DNA of 64,000 nt from an uncultured Acidimicrobiia bacterium (GCA_964195315.1 CAXMOZ010000113.1:2873-66872), one strand, 5' to 3'. Counted from the first letter of the stretch, positions 47,945 through 60,970 are shown. Numbers and translations are program-made. Notes: generated from the sequence alone by a model not told the origin.

Positions 47945-48712
47945 ATGACCTTAAAAAGAAAAAACCAGATATGTACATTACTTAAAGGTATCGAAACTGG
48001 CGATGAGGCTGCAGTTGTAGTGGTTAATCCTGACCAGTATATTCAGCATAATCCTCAAACTCATGAAGGTGGTGAGGGTCTTTCGGCGCTATTCAAACGG
48101 CTAGCGAAGAGCTCGCCTCGGGTTAATATTGTTCGCGTTTTTTCCGATGGCAATTTTGTATTTGCGCATACCGAGTACGATTTCGATACGTCGAGAGTCG
48201 GATTCGAAATTTTCCGTTTTGAGGGTGATTTTACGGTTGAGCATTGGGACAACATCCAGCCAAGAGAAGCGCCAAACGCCTCGGGTCACAGCATGGTTAA
48301 TGGGCCAGCACAGGCAACTGATATTGACAGAACTGAAAACAACCGAGCGTTAGTGCGGTCTTTTGTTGATGACGTCTTAATTAATCGTCGACTCGATAAG
48401 CTAGGGAATTATATTGATGACAAAAACTACTCAGATCATAACTCACGAGCGGAGGATGATTTTTCGACACTGAACTCAGCTGTATCCAACCTTGCTTCGA
48501 GCGCTGACATCGGCAGAAGGTACGACAGACTGCATCGAGTTTTAGCAGAGGGCAATTTTGTGCTGACCGTCAGCGAGGGTTCTGTGGAAGGTGCCCACTC
48601 ATCCTTCTTCGATCTTTTCCAGGTTGCCCACGACAAGCTTGTAGAGCATTGGAATACGACAGAGGCTGTCCCGCCTCGTAGTGAATGGAAAAACGACAAT
48701 GGGAAATTCTAG
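47945..48712 (+). CDS. Tandem SnoaL/NTF2-like protein
   Basis: Two repeats: YIQHNP...F.IFRF...VEHWD and HN...FDLF...VEHWN. Confidence 0.8.
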   Translation: MTLKRKNQICTLLKGIETGDEAAVVVVNPDQYIQHNPQTHEGGEGLSALFKRLAKSSPRVNIVRVFSDGNFVFAHTEYDFDTSRVGFEIFRFEGDFTVEHWDNIQPREAPNASGHSMVNGPAQATDIDRTENNRALVRSFVDDVLINRRLDKLGNYIDDKNYSDHNSRAEDDFSTLNSAVSNLASSADIGRRYDRLHRVLAEGNFVLTVSEGSVEGAHSSFFDLFQVAHDKLVEHWNTTEAVPPRSEWKNDNGKF

Positions 48713-49165
48713 GGCGAAAATCAGAACGTTCGAATAATTTATTTCGAAGCATGTTTTAAAAATGATCGCCAACCTCAAACGCTATGATTTTACTTTAGCT
48801 TTTAGGCTTAATCTGGCTGCTAACCTATTGACGAAAAGATGAGCGCTGAAAATTTTTTCGACCTCCATCTCCCTGATGATCGAAATTCAGTTACCGGTAA
48901 TTTGGAATACTCGATTCCTTCCTCCATCATTGGTTTTATTCGGCGCAATTCTCTGCGCTATTACACGCTACAAAATTACGAGGGTGTTGGCAGCTGTGTC
49001 GTACTACCTTATTGTGTAGTGAATAGTTGATATTAATAACGACTGTTAAGTGCCTGGACAGCCTTCTAATCTAATTTTATTAATGCCAGCTGTGTTAATA
49101 AAGTGATCGTTCACATGCGATGGTTTTACTGTTGGGATCTGCATTCTATGATTCTCACCAATAAT

Positions 49166-50071
49166 CTATACGACTCTATCTCTTCCTGATGACTTGGCCT
49201 CATAAAGGGCTTCATCAGCCCGTTTTAAGACTGCTTCTATCTCTATGTCTTGCGGTGTATTCTCGGCTACTCCAATGCTCATAGTGAAAGATAGTGGTTC
49301 AATCGGCGTTTTAATCACTATTTCACTGATAGCAATACGTACTCTTTCGGCCAGACCAAAAGCGGCTAACCTTGTTGTCCCTGGCAAGATAACAGCAAAC
49401 TCTTCGCCTCCCAGTCGAAATAGGAGGTCTTCGTTACGAATGGTGTTTTTAATCACAGTAACTGTTTCTATTAATGCCTGATCCCCAACATCATGGCCGT
49501 AGGTATCGTTAACCACTTTAAAGTGATCTATATCCAGCATCAAAATCGTGAAGGCATTGTTATACCGTTTACTTCGAGATATTTCATTAATACCCACTAT
49601 ATCTAAATGTCGCCGATTGAAGGCACCGGTAAGAGGGTCTGTTGAGGCAATTAGCTTGAGCTTTTTGGTCGCTTGCTGGAGCTTTAGAATATTGGAAACC
49701 CTTGCACTCACAATTTTGGGCGAAATTGGTTTGCGAATAAAATCAGTAGCGCCGATCTCAAGGCCATGTTCCTCATCTTCATTAGTACTATTTGCTGTTA
49801 AAAATACGATAGGAATTAATGAGGTTTTGTCATTAGCTTTAATTTTTTCGCACACTTCATAACCGTTCATTTCTGGCATTTGGACATCAAGAATAATCAA
49901 ATCAGGATTAAGAGTATTCACCTTTTCCAAAGCCTCCTTGCCAGAGTCAGCCATCTCAATAGTGCCAAAATCCTTTAGCAGCAGTGACATTAAATGGCGG
50001 ATAGGCATCTCATCATCAACAATTAATATGGTCACATTCGGATCTATATTTTGTGTGCTTTGAGGGATCAA
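49166..50071 (-). CDS. Response-regulator diguanylate cyclase (REC-GGDEF)
   Basis: IVDDE, LDVQMP, KP; RNED I-site; RLGGEEF. Confidence 0.92.
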   Translation of the reverse strand: MIPQSTQNIDPNVTILIVDDEMPIRHLMSLLLKDFGTIEMADSGKEALEKVNTLNPDLIILDVQMPEMNGYEVCEKIKANDKTSLIPIVFLTANSTNEDEEHGLEIGATDFIRKPISPKIVSARVSNILKLQQATKKLKLIASTDPLTGAFNRRHLDIVGINEISRSKRYNNAFTILMLDIDHFKVVNDTYGHDVGDQALIETVTVIKNTIRNEDLLFRLGGEEFAVILPGTTRLAAFGLAERVRIAISEIVIKTPIEPLSFTMSIGVAENTPQDIEIEAVLKRADEALYEAKSSGRDRVV

Positions 50072-53000
50072 CTTAAGCTCTCCAATCCTTGTAATAATAG
50101 ACGGTCAGCTTTGCCACCGTTTCCAGACAATTTCTTTCCGGATACTAATGTTAGGGCTTCAGCATGGTTGGTTAATAACTCAACACTTTGCGCAGTGAGG
50201 CTTTCGTTATCTTTGATTAATTGATCTGTATAGGCAGCTATTGTCGTAATCAAGTGATAACCAAATGAACCGCCACCACCCTTAATGGAATGTGCCAATT
50301 CTATCGTCGTTGCTTTTGACAACTTATCGGTAGTCTTATTACATAAGATAGAAATCTCTGCCATGGCGGAGGGTATATCATTGTCTTTGTTCTGTTCAGT
50401 GGTTTGATCAACGATGCTTGCAACTCGTAATAGCACTTTTGAAAAGTCCGCGGTTTCTCCACTTTCTTCAACGCTAGGCACTTGACCGACGGGCTGGTGA
50501 CTCGTCGAGGATGCACCCGCATGCGCTGCTGAAGTATAGATTTCTTCACCTAAGCATTGATCAATTGATTTTAGCAAAAGCTTTAATTCGATGGGGTTGC
50601 CACAGACATCGTTCATACCCACACTAGTATATTCGGTGATATTGCCCGTTGATATATCAGCCGTCAGGGCGATGATTGGAATGTTGGCTTTGGTGCCATG
50701 CATTAAGCGGGTAGCAATAGTGGCTTCTAAGCCGTCCATCACTGGCATGCGAATATCCATCAATATAACTTCAAATTCACTCGAATTAAGAAGTTCTATT
50801 GCACACTGGCCGTCCTGCGCAATTTCGACTGAGAGAGTTAATTTATTCAAAATTGCCCTTATGATATGTTGATTAACTGTATTGTTTTCGGCTACTAATA
50901 CCTTTAAAGGCCTGAACGCTACCCACTTATCTAAAGCGACTCCCTTATCTTTTTCTATCACCGCTTCTTTTGCGGGCTTGCAGCAAATCGTAAACCAAAA
51001 CGCAGAACCGATACCCTTGGTACTATCACCGCTAATTTGACCGCCCATCAATTCTACCAGCTGTCTTGAAATCGACAGCCCTAACCCTGTGCCACCGTAG
51101 GTTCTGGAGGTTGAACTGTCTGCTTGAGTGAAAGCAGCGAAGAGTTTACTTTGTTCCTCGTCAGTCAACCCTATTCCACTCTCGGTAACCCTAAACCGAA
51201 GCCTAAGTTTATCCTGCTCATTCGGTTCTAGTTTGACAGCAACCTCAATGCGACCTGAGCTCGTGAACTTCAACCCATTGCTGAGAAAATTGGATAGTAC
51301 TTGACCTATCCGCATCGAATCCGCATGGATAGCATCGGGTAAATCGTCATCAAATTTGATGTTCAGCATTAACCCTTTTGATGCAATGCTAGGGCGGAAC
51401 AATTGAATATTATCGTCTAAAAATGACCGCAACTGAAAATCTAAGGGCGAAATTTCAAGCTTGCCGGACTCGAGTTTGGATTGACCCATAATCTCATTGA
51501 GAATCGACATTAAGTTTTTACCCGAAGACAGAATGCTGTTTGCCAATTCAACTGTTGAGGTGTCAAATCGGTATCAAATAGCAAATCTGACATGCCTATG
51601 ACCTCCGCCATCGGTGTTCGGATTCCATGACTCATGGCGGCAAGGAATTGGGATTTGGTCTTACTAGTTGACTCGGAGTGTCTTTTTTCCTGGTCTAGTT
51701 TTTTAACTAAAATTTCGAGTTCCTTGCGGACTTTTAGCGCTTCATTTTGTGATTCCCTGACTTCAGTCACGTCTCGCCCAACCGATTGAACCTCAGCCAG
51801 AATTTGGTTTGAATCGAATAGTCCGTGATTGATCCACTCGATTATTCTGCTCTCCCTGGTAGCATTGACTATCGAGTTTCTATGGATTCGTCTGGTTTTT
51901 TCAAAACTGAGTTGAGACAGGGTGACTTTGACAGAGTTGTGCTCCTTGGGTGATATATATTGGTAGATAGAAGGTCCTAACAGCTCGTTTTTACCGCTAC
52001 TCATGAATGAAATGTACGAGTCATTAACAAAAGTTAATGTGCCATCTAGGGTAAGCCGAGAAATCAAGTCTGATTGTGAATGCAGTAGTGAGCTAAATCT
52101 CCGCTCACTCGTTTGCAATTCTTTCATTATCTTATCCGCATATGAAAGTGCCGTATGATTGGCCCTAGACAGAAAAATCAATAAGGCTAGCAGCAAGGAA
52201 TCGAATAGAATTACAGCTAATAAAAAGAATAAAGGTAGGCTACTGGATTTTGCTACTCGGAAACCTAAATTGGAGTTAATTTGAAAAGACCACTGGCGAC
52301 CATGCATCTCCACCGTGGTAGTACTTTCAAACAAAGGCTCGGGATCAACATCGTCAATCGAGTCATCATAGAGTAAGTCATCATTATCTCTAATGCTGAC
52401 CGACAAGTTGCGTTTTTGAGAGGCCAGGGTTCCATCTAATAATTTGTCCATGATAAAGGGTGCATTGGTGACACCGAGAATCGATTCTTTTCTGGCATTG
52501 ACTGAGTCTGGTTTTAGTCCCCCTTTGTAGAAATGGGCATAAAATAGAAAGCCAGGGGTTTTCTTCGCATCCTGTGCCAATGTAATGGGTCCCGCTACCT
52601 GAGTTAATTCCAAGTTGCTGTCTTTCTTAATAGCCGCGTATCGATTTTTTTCGAATGCCATATCGAGGCCAATTGCCTTCTTATTTGGACCGGCTGGTTC
52701 AATATATGTAATGGGCCAGAACTCTGACTTTTTATGCTCTGGATGCAATCCGAAGCTTGGGCGCCACTTTTGCTCGCTCGCAAGATACGGTTGTAATTCT
52801 TCGGGTTGGATATTGAAAATCACGCCGATACGGTTTATGCCGGGATCGACTTTATCGATTTTCAGACTGTTGGAGTACTTAAACCATTGTGTGTAGGAGA
52901 TCTCGCCATCGAGACTGTCAATTAAGGAAGCCCCGGCTAATAACGCATTTTCATATAGTTGCATTCTTTCATTAATCAGCCCAATAACGTGATTAGTTCC

Positions 53001-53222
53001 GCGCAGACAATGCTCTTCGGCAGTTTTAGCGGATTGATCTTTCGATATATACCAGGCTGCAAGCGTCGACGTTAGTGCTAGCATTATCATTGTCCAGTGA
53101 GTCAAATGCATTCGACTGGCGTATTCTAGTTGTCCTCTGTGTTTCAGCAAGGCCCCGCTGTCATTCTGGACCTCGCTGGCACCCGAATCTTTCAAGAGTA
53201 ATCCGTCAGTCGTGCCCAACAT
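50068..53222 (-). pseudogene. Frameshifted hybrid sensor kinase (CHASE-PAS-HisKA-HATPase-REC-Hpt)
   Basis: ORFs 51510-53222 and 50068-51546 join if one G is added at about 51543 (QQLNW|ANSILSSG). Motifs are degenerate: SHGIRTPM, ESGIG, AENN, NP. Confidence 0.8.
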
Positions 53223-53746
53223 AAACAGTAGTCCTCATAAAGGCTCTTTCGAAGTTATGCTCATTAGACAATTGATCTAATATTTCCAACAAGGCTGCAA
53301 AATTTTTTATGCCTTACAAAATTGGAACCTTCGTGTCATATCATTGAACTATAGATAGTTAATAGTAGGACAAAAATAAGCACAATTTTTATTTTTCTCA
53401 GGTAATAGCTTTGTTCAATATAAAATGAGTCTGAATCTAGGTTGTGAGTGCGTTTACGGTGGTGAATGAAACCATTATGAGGTCTGAGGACTTAAAACCC
53501 ATTGATCAAGTGATCCTTTGTTCAAGCTCACATGCGGTTGCCTTTTCGGTTATTAGTGATGTGGAGGCTGTCTGTGACTAGATTCTATCTGGCTATTCAA
53601 GTTGCGTACGTATACGCTAGATCCTACCTTTAATTGCGGGGCTGAGACGCTCGAGCAATAAAGCCTGAGTAGGCAGGCGTCTTAGAGCTGTGATTTGAAT
53701 AGGAGGACGACTCGTTGGAAGGCATTAGCCCGACTCCGCTGGCATG

Positions 53747-54814
53747 TTAGCCTTCCAACTTGATCGGTTGGAATATCAGGTTAATTTCGCAGTTCTTCTG
53801 TGTCTTTTTGGCATTACGCACAATACCTGAAATGCGGATAATCGCTGATTTTTTCAAGTCTTTGGCAAAATCTTTGGGCACAGCCTTCATCGACAGCAGT
53901 AGCTCGAAATTCAATTGCTTTTTAACCAAGTTGATGGTCAAGCTGTCATCAGATTCAGTATTGGGTTCGATACTGCGGATAGTTGCGCTACCCGTCAGAT
54001 GGGCACCGTTAATGGATTCGGCGTAGTAACCGAACCCTGCTTTCGTGTAGTTTTTACATTCAGTTACGACATCTTGCAAATAAACCCGGTTTAATACCTT
54101 ATCAGCCGCCTTCTTAGCACCGCCAGCATGGGCCAGTGCTATCGCTAATATTTCTTTCTCTTCAACTGTTGCCTCAACTACTGTTGCGATAGGCAATGAT
54201 TGTTCTGATAATTCAAGCGTCGCAACTGCCTCTGTTTCTAATACTACTGTTTCTTTTAGCGTTTCAACTTTCTCAATAGCTATTGGCATTACGACTGCTT
54301 GTGCAGATGACTCGACTATTTTTGGCTTCGGTTGGCTATTGTTTGGACTGGCTTTTGGACGGCTATTTTTATCGCGGTATTTGAGTTGAATCAGTGGCCC
54401 CTGCGCGTTTTTGTTACCTAATTTGGCCGCTGTTTCATAATAGGCAATGGCTATGACATCGCTGTCTTTTTCCTGCGATCCGGTCCACCGGTTGTGGTAG
54501 ATAACGCCCAGTAGGTAGTTCGCTTCAGACGAGCCTTGCGTGGCTGCCATTTGATACCAGGTCACAGGGTCCTGTTGAAGGTTGCCAGTATCTGACCGAG
54601 AAAGGCTATGTAATATGTTACCCAGCAACAGCTGCGCCTTAGAATCGCCCGATTGTGCCAACGGCTTAATCAACGCGATTGCTTGGTCGGGTAAACCTGA
54701 ATAATAAACCTCGATGGCCTCGGACAGTTTAGCGCTGTTGGCATTGACCGTGGTCGAAAAAATCAAGAATCCCAAAATGAGTGTTTTTAATGCGATTGAA
54801 ATATTGCGGCTCAT
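53747..54814 (-). CDS. Secreted Sel1-repeat protein
   Basis: Signal peptide; GDSKAQLLLG, WYQMAATQG..ANYLLG and YYETAAKLGN Sel1 repeats; low-complexity linker; C-terminal beta-rich domain. Confidence 0.75.
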   Translation of the reverse strand: MSRNISIALKTLILGFLIFSTTVNANSAKLSEAIEVYYSGLPDQAIALIKPLAQSGDSKAQLLLGNILHSLSRSDTGNLQQDPVTWYQMAATQGSSEANYLLGVIYHNRWTGSQEKDSDVIAIAYYETAAKLGNKNAQGPLIQLKYRDKNSRPKASPNNSQPKPKIVESSAQAVVMPIAIEKVETLKETVVLETEAVATLELSEQSLPIATVVEATVEEKEILAIALAHAGGAKKAADKVLNRVYLQDVVTECKNYTKAGFGYYAESINGAHLTGSATIRSIEPNTESDDSLTINLVKKQLNFELLLSMKAVPKDFAKDLKKSAIIRISGIVRNAKKTQKNCEINLIFQPIKLEG

Positions 54815-54905
54815 GATTAGCTATCATTTATTAAAATAAGGGATGTCTTATACCAAAATCATGATCAAAAATTAAGCGACGAGTCGACAACTTTGGCATC
54901 TCCAC

Positions 54906-54933
54906 AAAAAAAGGCGCTCAATGAGCGCCTTTT
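54906..54933 (-). terminator. Rho-independent terminator of gltA-acnB
   Basis: AAAAGGCGCTC-aat-GAGCGCCTTTT with an A-run that reads as a U-tract on the minus strand. Confidence 0.85.
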
Positions 54934-54951
54934 GACTTGTTTAGCCAGTCT

Positions 54952-57531
54952 CTAAACAACTTTCACTGGAAAAGCGCTTTCTGCCGCTGTGATATAGTTT
55001 TCCATCTCATTAAAGTTGAGATATCGATAAACGTCATCTGCCATCGTATTGATGTCATTTGCATAGGTCATGTACTCGTCCATGCTCGGGATCTTACCCA
55101 AAATAGAGGCCACTGCAGATAACTCTGCAGATGCCAAGTACACATCGGCACCAGCGCCTAAACGGTTCGGGAAGTTTCGGGTCGAGGTTGAAACAACCGT
55201 GCTATTGGCTGCGACTCTGGCCTGATTGCCCATACAGAGTGAACAGCCTGGCATTTCGGTACGAGCACCGGTGCGACCAAAGATATTGTAATAACCTTCG
55301 GCCGTTAACTGCGCTTCGTCCATTTTGGTGGGTGGTGCAATCCATAGTCTAGTTGAAACAGGGCCTTCTAGTTTTTCGAGCAGTTTACCCGCGGCACGGA
55401 AATGACCGATATTGGTCATGCACGAACCAATGAAGACTTCATCGATTTTAGTGCCAGCAACGTCTGACAGGGTCTTGACGTCGTCAGGATCGTTCGGGCA
55501 AGCCAGTAATGGCTCCTTAATTTCATTGAGGTCAATCTCTATGATTTCTGCATATTCAGCATCGGCGTCTGCTGCCATTAATACTGGGTTGGCTAGCCAG
55601 GCTTCCATTTCTTCGATACGACGATTGATGGTTCGTACGTCACCATAACCTTCGAAAATCATCCACTTGAACATGGTGATATTAGAGTTCATATATTCGA
55701 TGATGGGTTCTTTGTCTAGTTTAACGCTACAACCTGAAGATGATCGCTCTGCCGAGGCATCGGATAATTCGAATGCCTGCTCGACTTTGAGTTGTGGCAA
55801 GCCTTCAATTTCGAGCACGCGACCAGAGAAAATATTCTTCTTGCCTTTTTTCTCAACGGTTAACAATCCACGTTGAATGGCTGTATAAGGAATGGCATTG
55901 ACCAGGTCACGCAAGGTGATACCTGGCTGCATTTCTCCTTTGAAACGGACTAGCACTGATTCAGGCATGTCCAGTGGCATTACGCCGGTTGCCGCTGCGA
56001 AAGCAACTAAACCAGAACCTGCAGGGAATGAAATACCAATCGGAAATCGAGTGTGTGAATCACCACCAGTTCCGACTGTATCAGGCAATAACATACGGTT
56101 CATCCACGAGTGAATGACGCCGTCGCCGGGCCGCAATGAAACGCCACCACGAGTCTGAATGAAGTCTGGCAGTGTGTGATGAGTAATGACATCAACTGGC
56201 TTAGGGTAGGGTGCTGTGTGACAAAAAGACTGCATGACTAAGTCAGCAGAAAAGCCTAAGCAGGCTAAATCTTTCAGTTCATCGCGCGTCATTGGACCTG
56301 TCGTATCTTGTGATCCAACGGTTGTCATCTTTGGCTCGCAGTACATGCCAGGGCGGACGCCCGGAACGCCGCAAGCCTTGCCGACCATTTTTTGAGCCAG
56401 GGTAAAACCCTTACCGCTGTCTTGCTTGACTTCCGGTACTTCGAACACATCGCTGACTGGAAGGCCTAGTGATTCGCGCGCTCGGCCAGTGAGTCCACGG
56501 CCAATGATCAATGGAATGCGGCCATCGGCCTGTACTTCGTCTTTTAAAACATTGGTACTGAGTTTAAACGTGGCGACCACTTCGTCACTATCATGTTTAG
56601 TTGCTTTTCCTTCAAATGGGTAGACGTCGATAATATCGCCAGTCTCCATTTTTGAGACGTCCATTTCGATCGGTAGTGCGCCAGCGTCTTCCATTGTATT
56701 GAAGAATATAGGTGCGATTTTAGTACCGAAACAATAACCACCGTTGCGTTTATTAGGAATAAAAGGAATGTCCTTACCCATGTGCCACAGGACTGAGTTA
56801 GTGGCCGATTTGCGAGAAGAACCAGTGCCGACAACATCACCGATATAGGCAACAGGGAAGCCTTTTTCCTTTAGAGTTTTGATTGTCTCTAATGGGTTTG
56901 GGGCTACACCCTCACGTGCAATTTTCAACATTGCATTGCCATGTAACGGAATATCAGGACGTGACCAGGCATCTTGTGCAGGTGACAGATCATCGGTGTT
57001 GGTTTCACCAGGGACCTTAAATAGAGTGACAGTTATCTTGTCCGCTAGTGGTGGCTTGCTGGTGAACCATTCGGCGTTGGCCCATGACTCGACTGTCTGC
57101 TTGGCATAAGCATTACCGGCATCTGATTTTTCTTTTACGTCGTGGAAGGCGTCAAACATTAACAAGGTATGCGATAGTGCTTTAACGGCTGCGGCACCTG
57201 TTGTTTCATTATCCAGACCTGCAATCAGTGGCTGAATATTGTAGCCGCCAAGCATAGAGCCCAGGATTTCGATCGCTTTAACAGAGTCGATCAAAGGTGA
57301 AGTTGTCTCACCTGAACTGATAGCGGCTAAAAACCCTGCTTTAACATAGGCCGCTTCATCGACGCCTGCTGGCACGTGCTGGGTTAACAGTTCCAGCATA
57401 TAGTTTTCTTCTCCAGCTGCGGGTGCTTTGAACAGTGCTACCAGGTCGGCAGTTTGTTGTGCATTTAAAGGTTCCGGTGGAATACCGTCTAAAGCACGCT
57501 CGGCGGTGTGGTCTCTGTATGTCTGTAGCAT
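54952..57531 (-). CDS. acnB: Aconitate hydratase B / 2-methylisocitrate dehydratase
   Basis: [47 protein letters not shown]. Confidence 0.98.
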   Translation of the reverse strand: MLQTYRDHTAERALDGIPPEPLNAQQTADLVALFKAPAAGEENYMLELLTQHVPAGVDEAAYVKAGFLAAISSGETTSPLIDSVKAIEILGSMLGGYNIQPLIAGLDNETTGAAAVKALSHTLLMFDAFHDVKEKSDAGNAYAKQTVESWANAEWFTSKPPLADKITVTLFKVPGETNTDDLSPAQDAWSRPDIPLHGNAMLKIAREGVAPNPLETIKTLKEKGFPVAYIGDVVGTGSSRKSATNSVLWHMGKDIPFIPNKRNGGYCFGTKIAPIFFNTMEDAGALPIEMDVSKMETGDIIDVYPFEGKATKHDSDEVVATFKLSTNVLKDEVQADGRIPLIIGRGLTGRARESLGLPVSDVFEVPEVKQDSGKGFTLAQKMVGKACGVPGVRPGMYCEPKMTTVGSQDTTGPMTRDELKDLACLGFSADLVMQSFCHTAPYPKPVDVITHHTLPDFIQTRGGVSLRPGDGVIHSWMNRMLLPDTVGTGGDSHTRFPIGISFPAGSGLVAFAAATGVMPLDMPESVLVRFKGEMQPGITLRDLVNAIPYTAIQRGLLTVEKKGKKNIFSGRVLEIEGLPQLKVEQAFELSDASAERSSSGCSVKLDKEPIIEYMNSNITMFKWMIFEGYGDVRTINRRIEEMEAWLANPVLMAADADAEYAEIIEIDLNEIKEPLLACPNDPDDVKTLSDVAGTKIDEVFIGSCMTNIGHFRAAGKLLEKLEGPVSTRLWIAPPTKMDEAQLTAEGYYNIFGRTGARTEMPGCSLCMGNQARVAANSTVVSTSTRNFPNRLGAGADVYLASAELSAVASILGKIPSMDEYMTYANDINTMADDVYRYLNFNEMENYITAAESAFPVKVV

Positions 57532-57553
57532 ATTGATTCTCTCTTAAAATCAG

Positions 57554-57698
57554 TAGGGGGCGATTCTAAAAATGCACTTTTCCGTGATTGACGCGCCTGC
57601 TCTGTGCTCGAATCCTTATGTATGTCATACACACTCCGGTTCTCCGCACGGCGATTCCTTGCACTCACAAAAAAATCACTATTTTTAGAAGCACTCTA
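57554..57698. mobile_element. Palindromic MITE-like element (RPE-like), copy 2
   Basis: Terminal inverted repeats TAGGGGGCGATTCTAAAAAT / ATTTTTAGAAGCACTCTA with TA ends; homologous to 17533-17672. Confidence 0.75.
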
Positions 57699-57716
57699 AG
57701 TCTTATATATGGGGGC

Positions 57717-59018
57717 TTAACCGCGTTTATCGATAGGCTCATATTTCCGATCAATCGGTCCGGTGTATAACTGCCTTGGACGGCCGATTTTATAACCAGG
57801 CTCTGAGATCATTTCATCCCATTGAGTGATCCAACCAATAGTACGCGCCATTGCAAACATCACAGTGAACATGTTCATTGGAATACCCATTGCGAGGAAG
57901 ATGATACCAGAGTAAAAATCTACATTGGGATAAAGGTTTCTTTGTATAAAGTAGTCGTCTTCTAGTGCTACTTTTTCGAGTGCCATAGCTGTTTCGAGCA
58001 TTTTTTTCTGTTCGCCGGTTGAATCCATTTCGCCGAGTAATTTATGGCAAATTTCACGGATTAAGGTTGCTCGTGGATCGAAGTTTTTATACACGCGATG
58101 ACCAAAACCCATCAAGCGGAAGCTGTCATTCTTGTCTTTGGCGCGGTCTACGAATGCCTGCAAAGGTTTACCTGAATCATTAATGTCGATCAGCATGCGA
58201 ATAACTGCTTCGTTGGCACCACCATGTGCTGGACCCCAAAGTGTCGCTACACCCGCAGCAACCGCTGCAAATGGGTTAGCATCCGAGCTGCCTGCAAGCC
58301 GGACGGTAGAAGTAGATGCGTTTTGCTCGTGATCGGCATGCAATATCAGGATAAGGTCGAGTGCTTTCGCTAATAATGGGTTTGGCTTATAAGTTTCGGT
58401 TGGCATGGAGAACATCATGTACAGGAAGTTCTCGGTATAATTCAAATCGTTACGGGGATAAACGAAAGGTTTACCCGTCGCATAACGATAACTCCAGGCT
58501 GCGATCGTTGGTATTTTAGCGAGTAGGCGATGTGCTGTAATTTTACGATGTTCAGGATCTTTAATATCCATGTGATCGTGATAAAAAGCAGCTAGCGCAC
58601 CGACAACACCCACCATGATGGCCATCGGATGTGCATCACGACGAAAACCACTGAAGAAACGTTTCAATGCTTCGTGCAGAATGGTGTGATTGGTGACATC
58701 TGCTTCGAAACTAGCCATTTCCTCTTTGTTTGGCAGCTCACCATTCAATAGCAAATAACAAACTTCAAGATAAGAGCTGTGTTCGGCCAGTTGCTCGATT
58801 GAATAACCACGGTATTGCAGAACGCCTTTGTCACCATCAAGAAAGGTGATCGCACTCGAGCAGCTCGCAGTAGACATGAATCCTGGGTCGTAAGTGAAGT
58901 AGCCTAGCTCTTTGTAGAGCGAACTAATGTCGATAGTTTTCGGCCCACTAGTGGGTGTGAGTAATGGCATTTGTACTTTCTTGCCTGTCTCGTCGTCGAT
59001 AATAGTTACGGTTGACAT
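57717..59018 (-). CDS. gltA: Citrate synthase (type II)
   Basis: [41 protein letters not shown]. Confidence 0.98.
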   Translation of the reverse strand: MSTVTIIDDETGKKVQMPLLTPTSGPKTIDISSLYKELGYFTYDPGFMSTASCSSAITFLDGDKGVLQYRGYSIEQLAEHSSYLEVCYLLLNGELPNKEEMASFEADVTNHTILHEALKRFFSGFRRDAHPMAIMVGVVGALAAFYHDHMDIKDPEHRKITAHRLLAKIPTIAAWSYRYATGKPFVYPRNDLNYTENFLYMMFSMPTETYKPNPLLAKALDLILILHADHEQNASTSTVRLAGSSDANPFAAVAAGVATLWGPAHGGANEAVIRMLIDINDSGKPLQAFVDRAKDKNDSFRLMGFGHRVYKNFDPRATLIREICHKLLGEMDSTGEQKKMLETAMALEKVALEDDYFIQRNLYPNVDFYSGIIFLAMGIPMNMFTVMFAMARTIGWITQWDEMISEPGYKIGRPRQLYTGPIDRKYEPIDKRG

Positions 59019-59284
59019 GGTTATCCTCTCTCTATGATCCCGATGCTGAAACTGCCTTTTTTCTGGCGATTAGTTTCGTATCTGACTATTAATTTAAACG
59101 TAAGATCGGGGTGGTTGCCCTACGATTTTACGGCAGGGTGGCAATATACCCTATTATCTAATTCCTTATATAGTTACCTCTAGTAGTATTAAATAATGCA
59201 ATTCTCAGAATTAAACAGCACGGATGGGAATATGTCTGAGTGTACTGACGAGGTGGTATGAAAAATTGAAATCCAAAATTCTTT

Positions 59285-59358
59285 ATTGTTGACAATTATC
59301 TCCATTTAGATGCAAAATGTATAAAAATAGAAACTAATATCCAATTATTGTTGACAAT
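59285..59358. promoter_or_regulatory. Two GntR (PrpR-type) operators
   Basis: ATTGTTGACAAT at 59285-59296 and 59347-59358, near-palindromic, directly upstream of the GntR gene. Confidence 0.7.
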
Positions 59359-59361
59359 TAA

Positions 59362-60060
59362 ATGAATGAGTTAGAAAAAAATGAAGCTAATTTTACTCCA
59401 AACCAGACCAAAACACTGGCTGGTAAAGTTTACGAGAGCATTAAGTCCGATATTATCAGAGGAGAGCTGTGCCAGGGTAGCAAGATAGTTGAGTCAGAAC
59501 TGGCATTAAAATACGGCATCAGCCGTGGTCCCTTGCGCGAAGCGATCCATCGCCTCGAGCAAATGAAATTGATTCTGCGCGTACCCCATGCAGGTTCTCG
59601 CGTTGTAACGCTCGACATTAAAACCATGCTCGACATTTATACCGCACGCGAAGCGCTAGAAGGCATGGCAGCTAGATTAGCAGCGCGGCACATGAGTGAC
59701 GAGGGGATTGAATCCCTACAAAACCTTCTCGATTCGCATGAGCAGGCGATCTCAGAATCTGAAGGTAAAGCTTATCTTCAGGAAGAAGGCAATATCGACT
59801 TCCACCATCGCATTGCTAATGCTAGCCAAAATCAGTGGATTCTGGAAAACCTAAACGGTGAGCTGTATCAGCTGATTCGTATGTGTCGTTACCAGTCGGG
59901 CCAGCAACCAACGCGTCCCGCGACGGCACTCTCGCAACATCGTCAAATCGCCACTGCTATTGAGCAGCGTGATGAAGAGCTTGCCGAGTTATTAATGCGC
60001 CGCCATATTAGCGGCGCGTGGAAAATTGTTAAAAAATTATTGGAGCACCAACATGACTGA
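59362..60060 (+). CDS. GntR/FadR family regulator of the methylcitrate operon
   Basis: [18 protein letters not shown] winged HTH plus FCD domain; first gene of the prp operon. Confidence 0.9.
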   Translation: MNELEKNEANFTPNQTKTLAGKVYESIKSDIIRGELCQGSKIVESELALKYGISRGPLREAIHRLEQMKLILRVPHAGSRVVTLDIKTMLDIYTAREALEGMAARLAARHMSDEGIESLQNLLDSHEQAISESEGKAYLQEEGNIDFHHRIANASQNQWILENLNGELYQLIRMCRYQSGQQPTRPATALSQHRQIATAIEQRDEELAELLMRRHISGAWKIVKKLLEHQHD

Positions 60061-60970
60061 TCTCTTTTCGAATAAGGCTGTCTCAAATAGAATAGTTTCG
60101 CCAGGCGAAAAACTGCGGTTGGCAGTCGAAAAAAATAACCTGCTACAGGTAGTCGGTACGGTCAACGCCTATAGCGCTATTATGGCTGAAAAATGCGGCC
60201 ATAAGGCGATATACCTGTCAGGCGGCGGTGTTGCGGCCAGTTCACTCGGTGCACCTGACTTAGGAATCTCTGCATTACATGATGTACTTGAAGATGCGCG
60301 GCGTATCACTGATGCATGCTCGTTACCTCTGTTAGTTGACGCAGATACTGGTTGGGGTGGGGCATTTAATATTGCGCGCTGTGTGCGAGAAATGACCCGT
60401 GCCAATGTCGCCGGTATTCATATTGAAGACCAGGTAATGCAAAAACGTTGCGGTCATCGACCGAATAAAGCGATCGTATCGCAGGCCGAAATGATCGACC
60501 GTGTGAAAGCCGCAGTCGATGCACGAACTGATGATAGTTTTGTGGTTATGGCGCGAACCGATGCGCTCGCGGTGGAAGGCATGAATTCAGCATTAGACCG
60601 AATTTCCGCCTGCGTCGAAGCAGGTGCCGACATGATATTCCCAGAAGCGATAATAGAACTGGAACAGTATCAGCAGGTGACTCAAATGGTGAGTGTTCCT
60701 GTGCTAGCTAATATTACCGAGTTCGGTGCGACCCCACTTTTTGACAGTGAGCAACTGGCCTCTGTCGGCGTCAAGTTATCCCTCTACCCACTCAGTGCTT
60801 TTCGTGCGATGAGTCTGGCAGCCTTGAATGTTTACCAGAGTATCCTCACAGAAGGCAGTCAGCAAAAAGTTGTCGACACCATGCAAACGCGTATGGAGTT
60901 ATACGACTTTCTTGATTATCACCAATACGAAAAAACTTTAGATCAGTTATTCAGCGAGGAAAAATCATGA
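60053..60970 (+). CDS. prpB: 2-methylisocitrate lyase
   Basis: YLSGGG, DADTGWG, KRCGHRP, ARTDA, NITEFG; likely start ATG 60053. Confidence 0.96.
   Translation: MTDLFSNKAVSNRIVSPGEKLRLAVEKNNLLQVVGTVNAYSAIMAEKCGHKAIYLSGGGVAASSLGAPDLGISALHDVLEDARRITDACSLPLLVDADTGWGGAFNIARCVREMTRANVAGIHIEDQVMQKRCGHRPNKAIVSQAEMIDRVKAAVDARTDDSFVVMARTDALAVEGMNSALDRISACVEAGADMIFPEAIIELEQYQQVTQMVSVPVLANITEFGATPLFDSEQLASVGVKLSLYPLSAFRAMSLAALNVYQSILTEGSQQKVVDTMQTRMELYDFLDYHQYEKTLDQLFSEEKS

Noticed and set aside
48839-49030. 63-aa ORF between the SnoaL and REC-GGDEF genes
   Set aside because: No clear RBS, motif or family; not supportable as a gene
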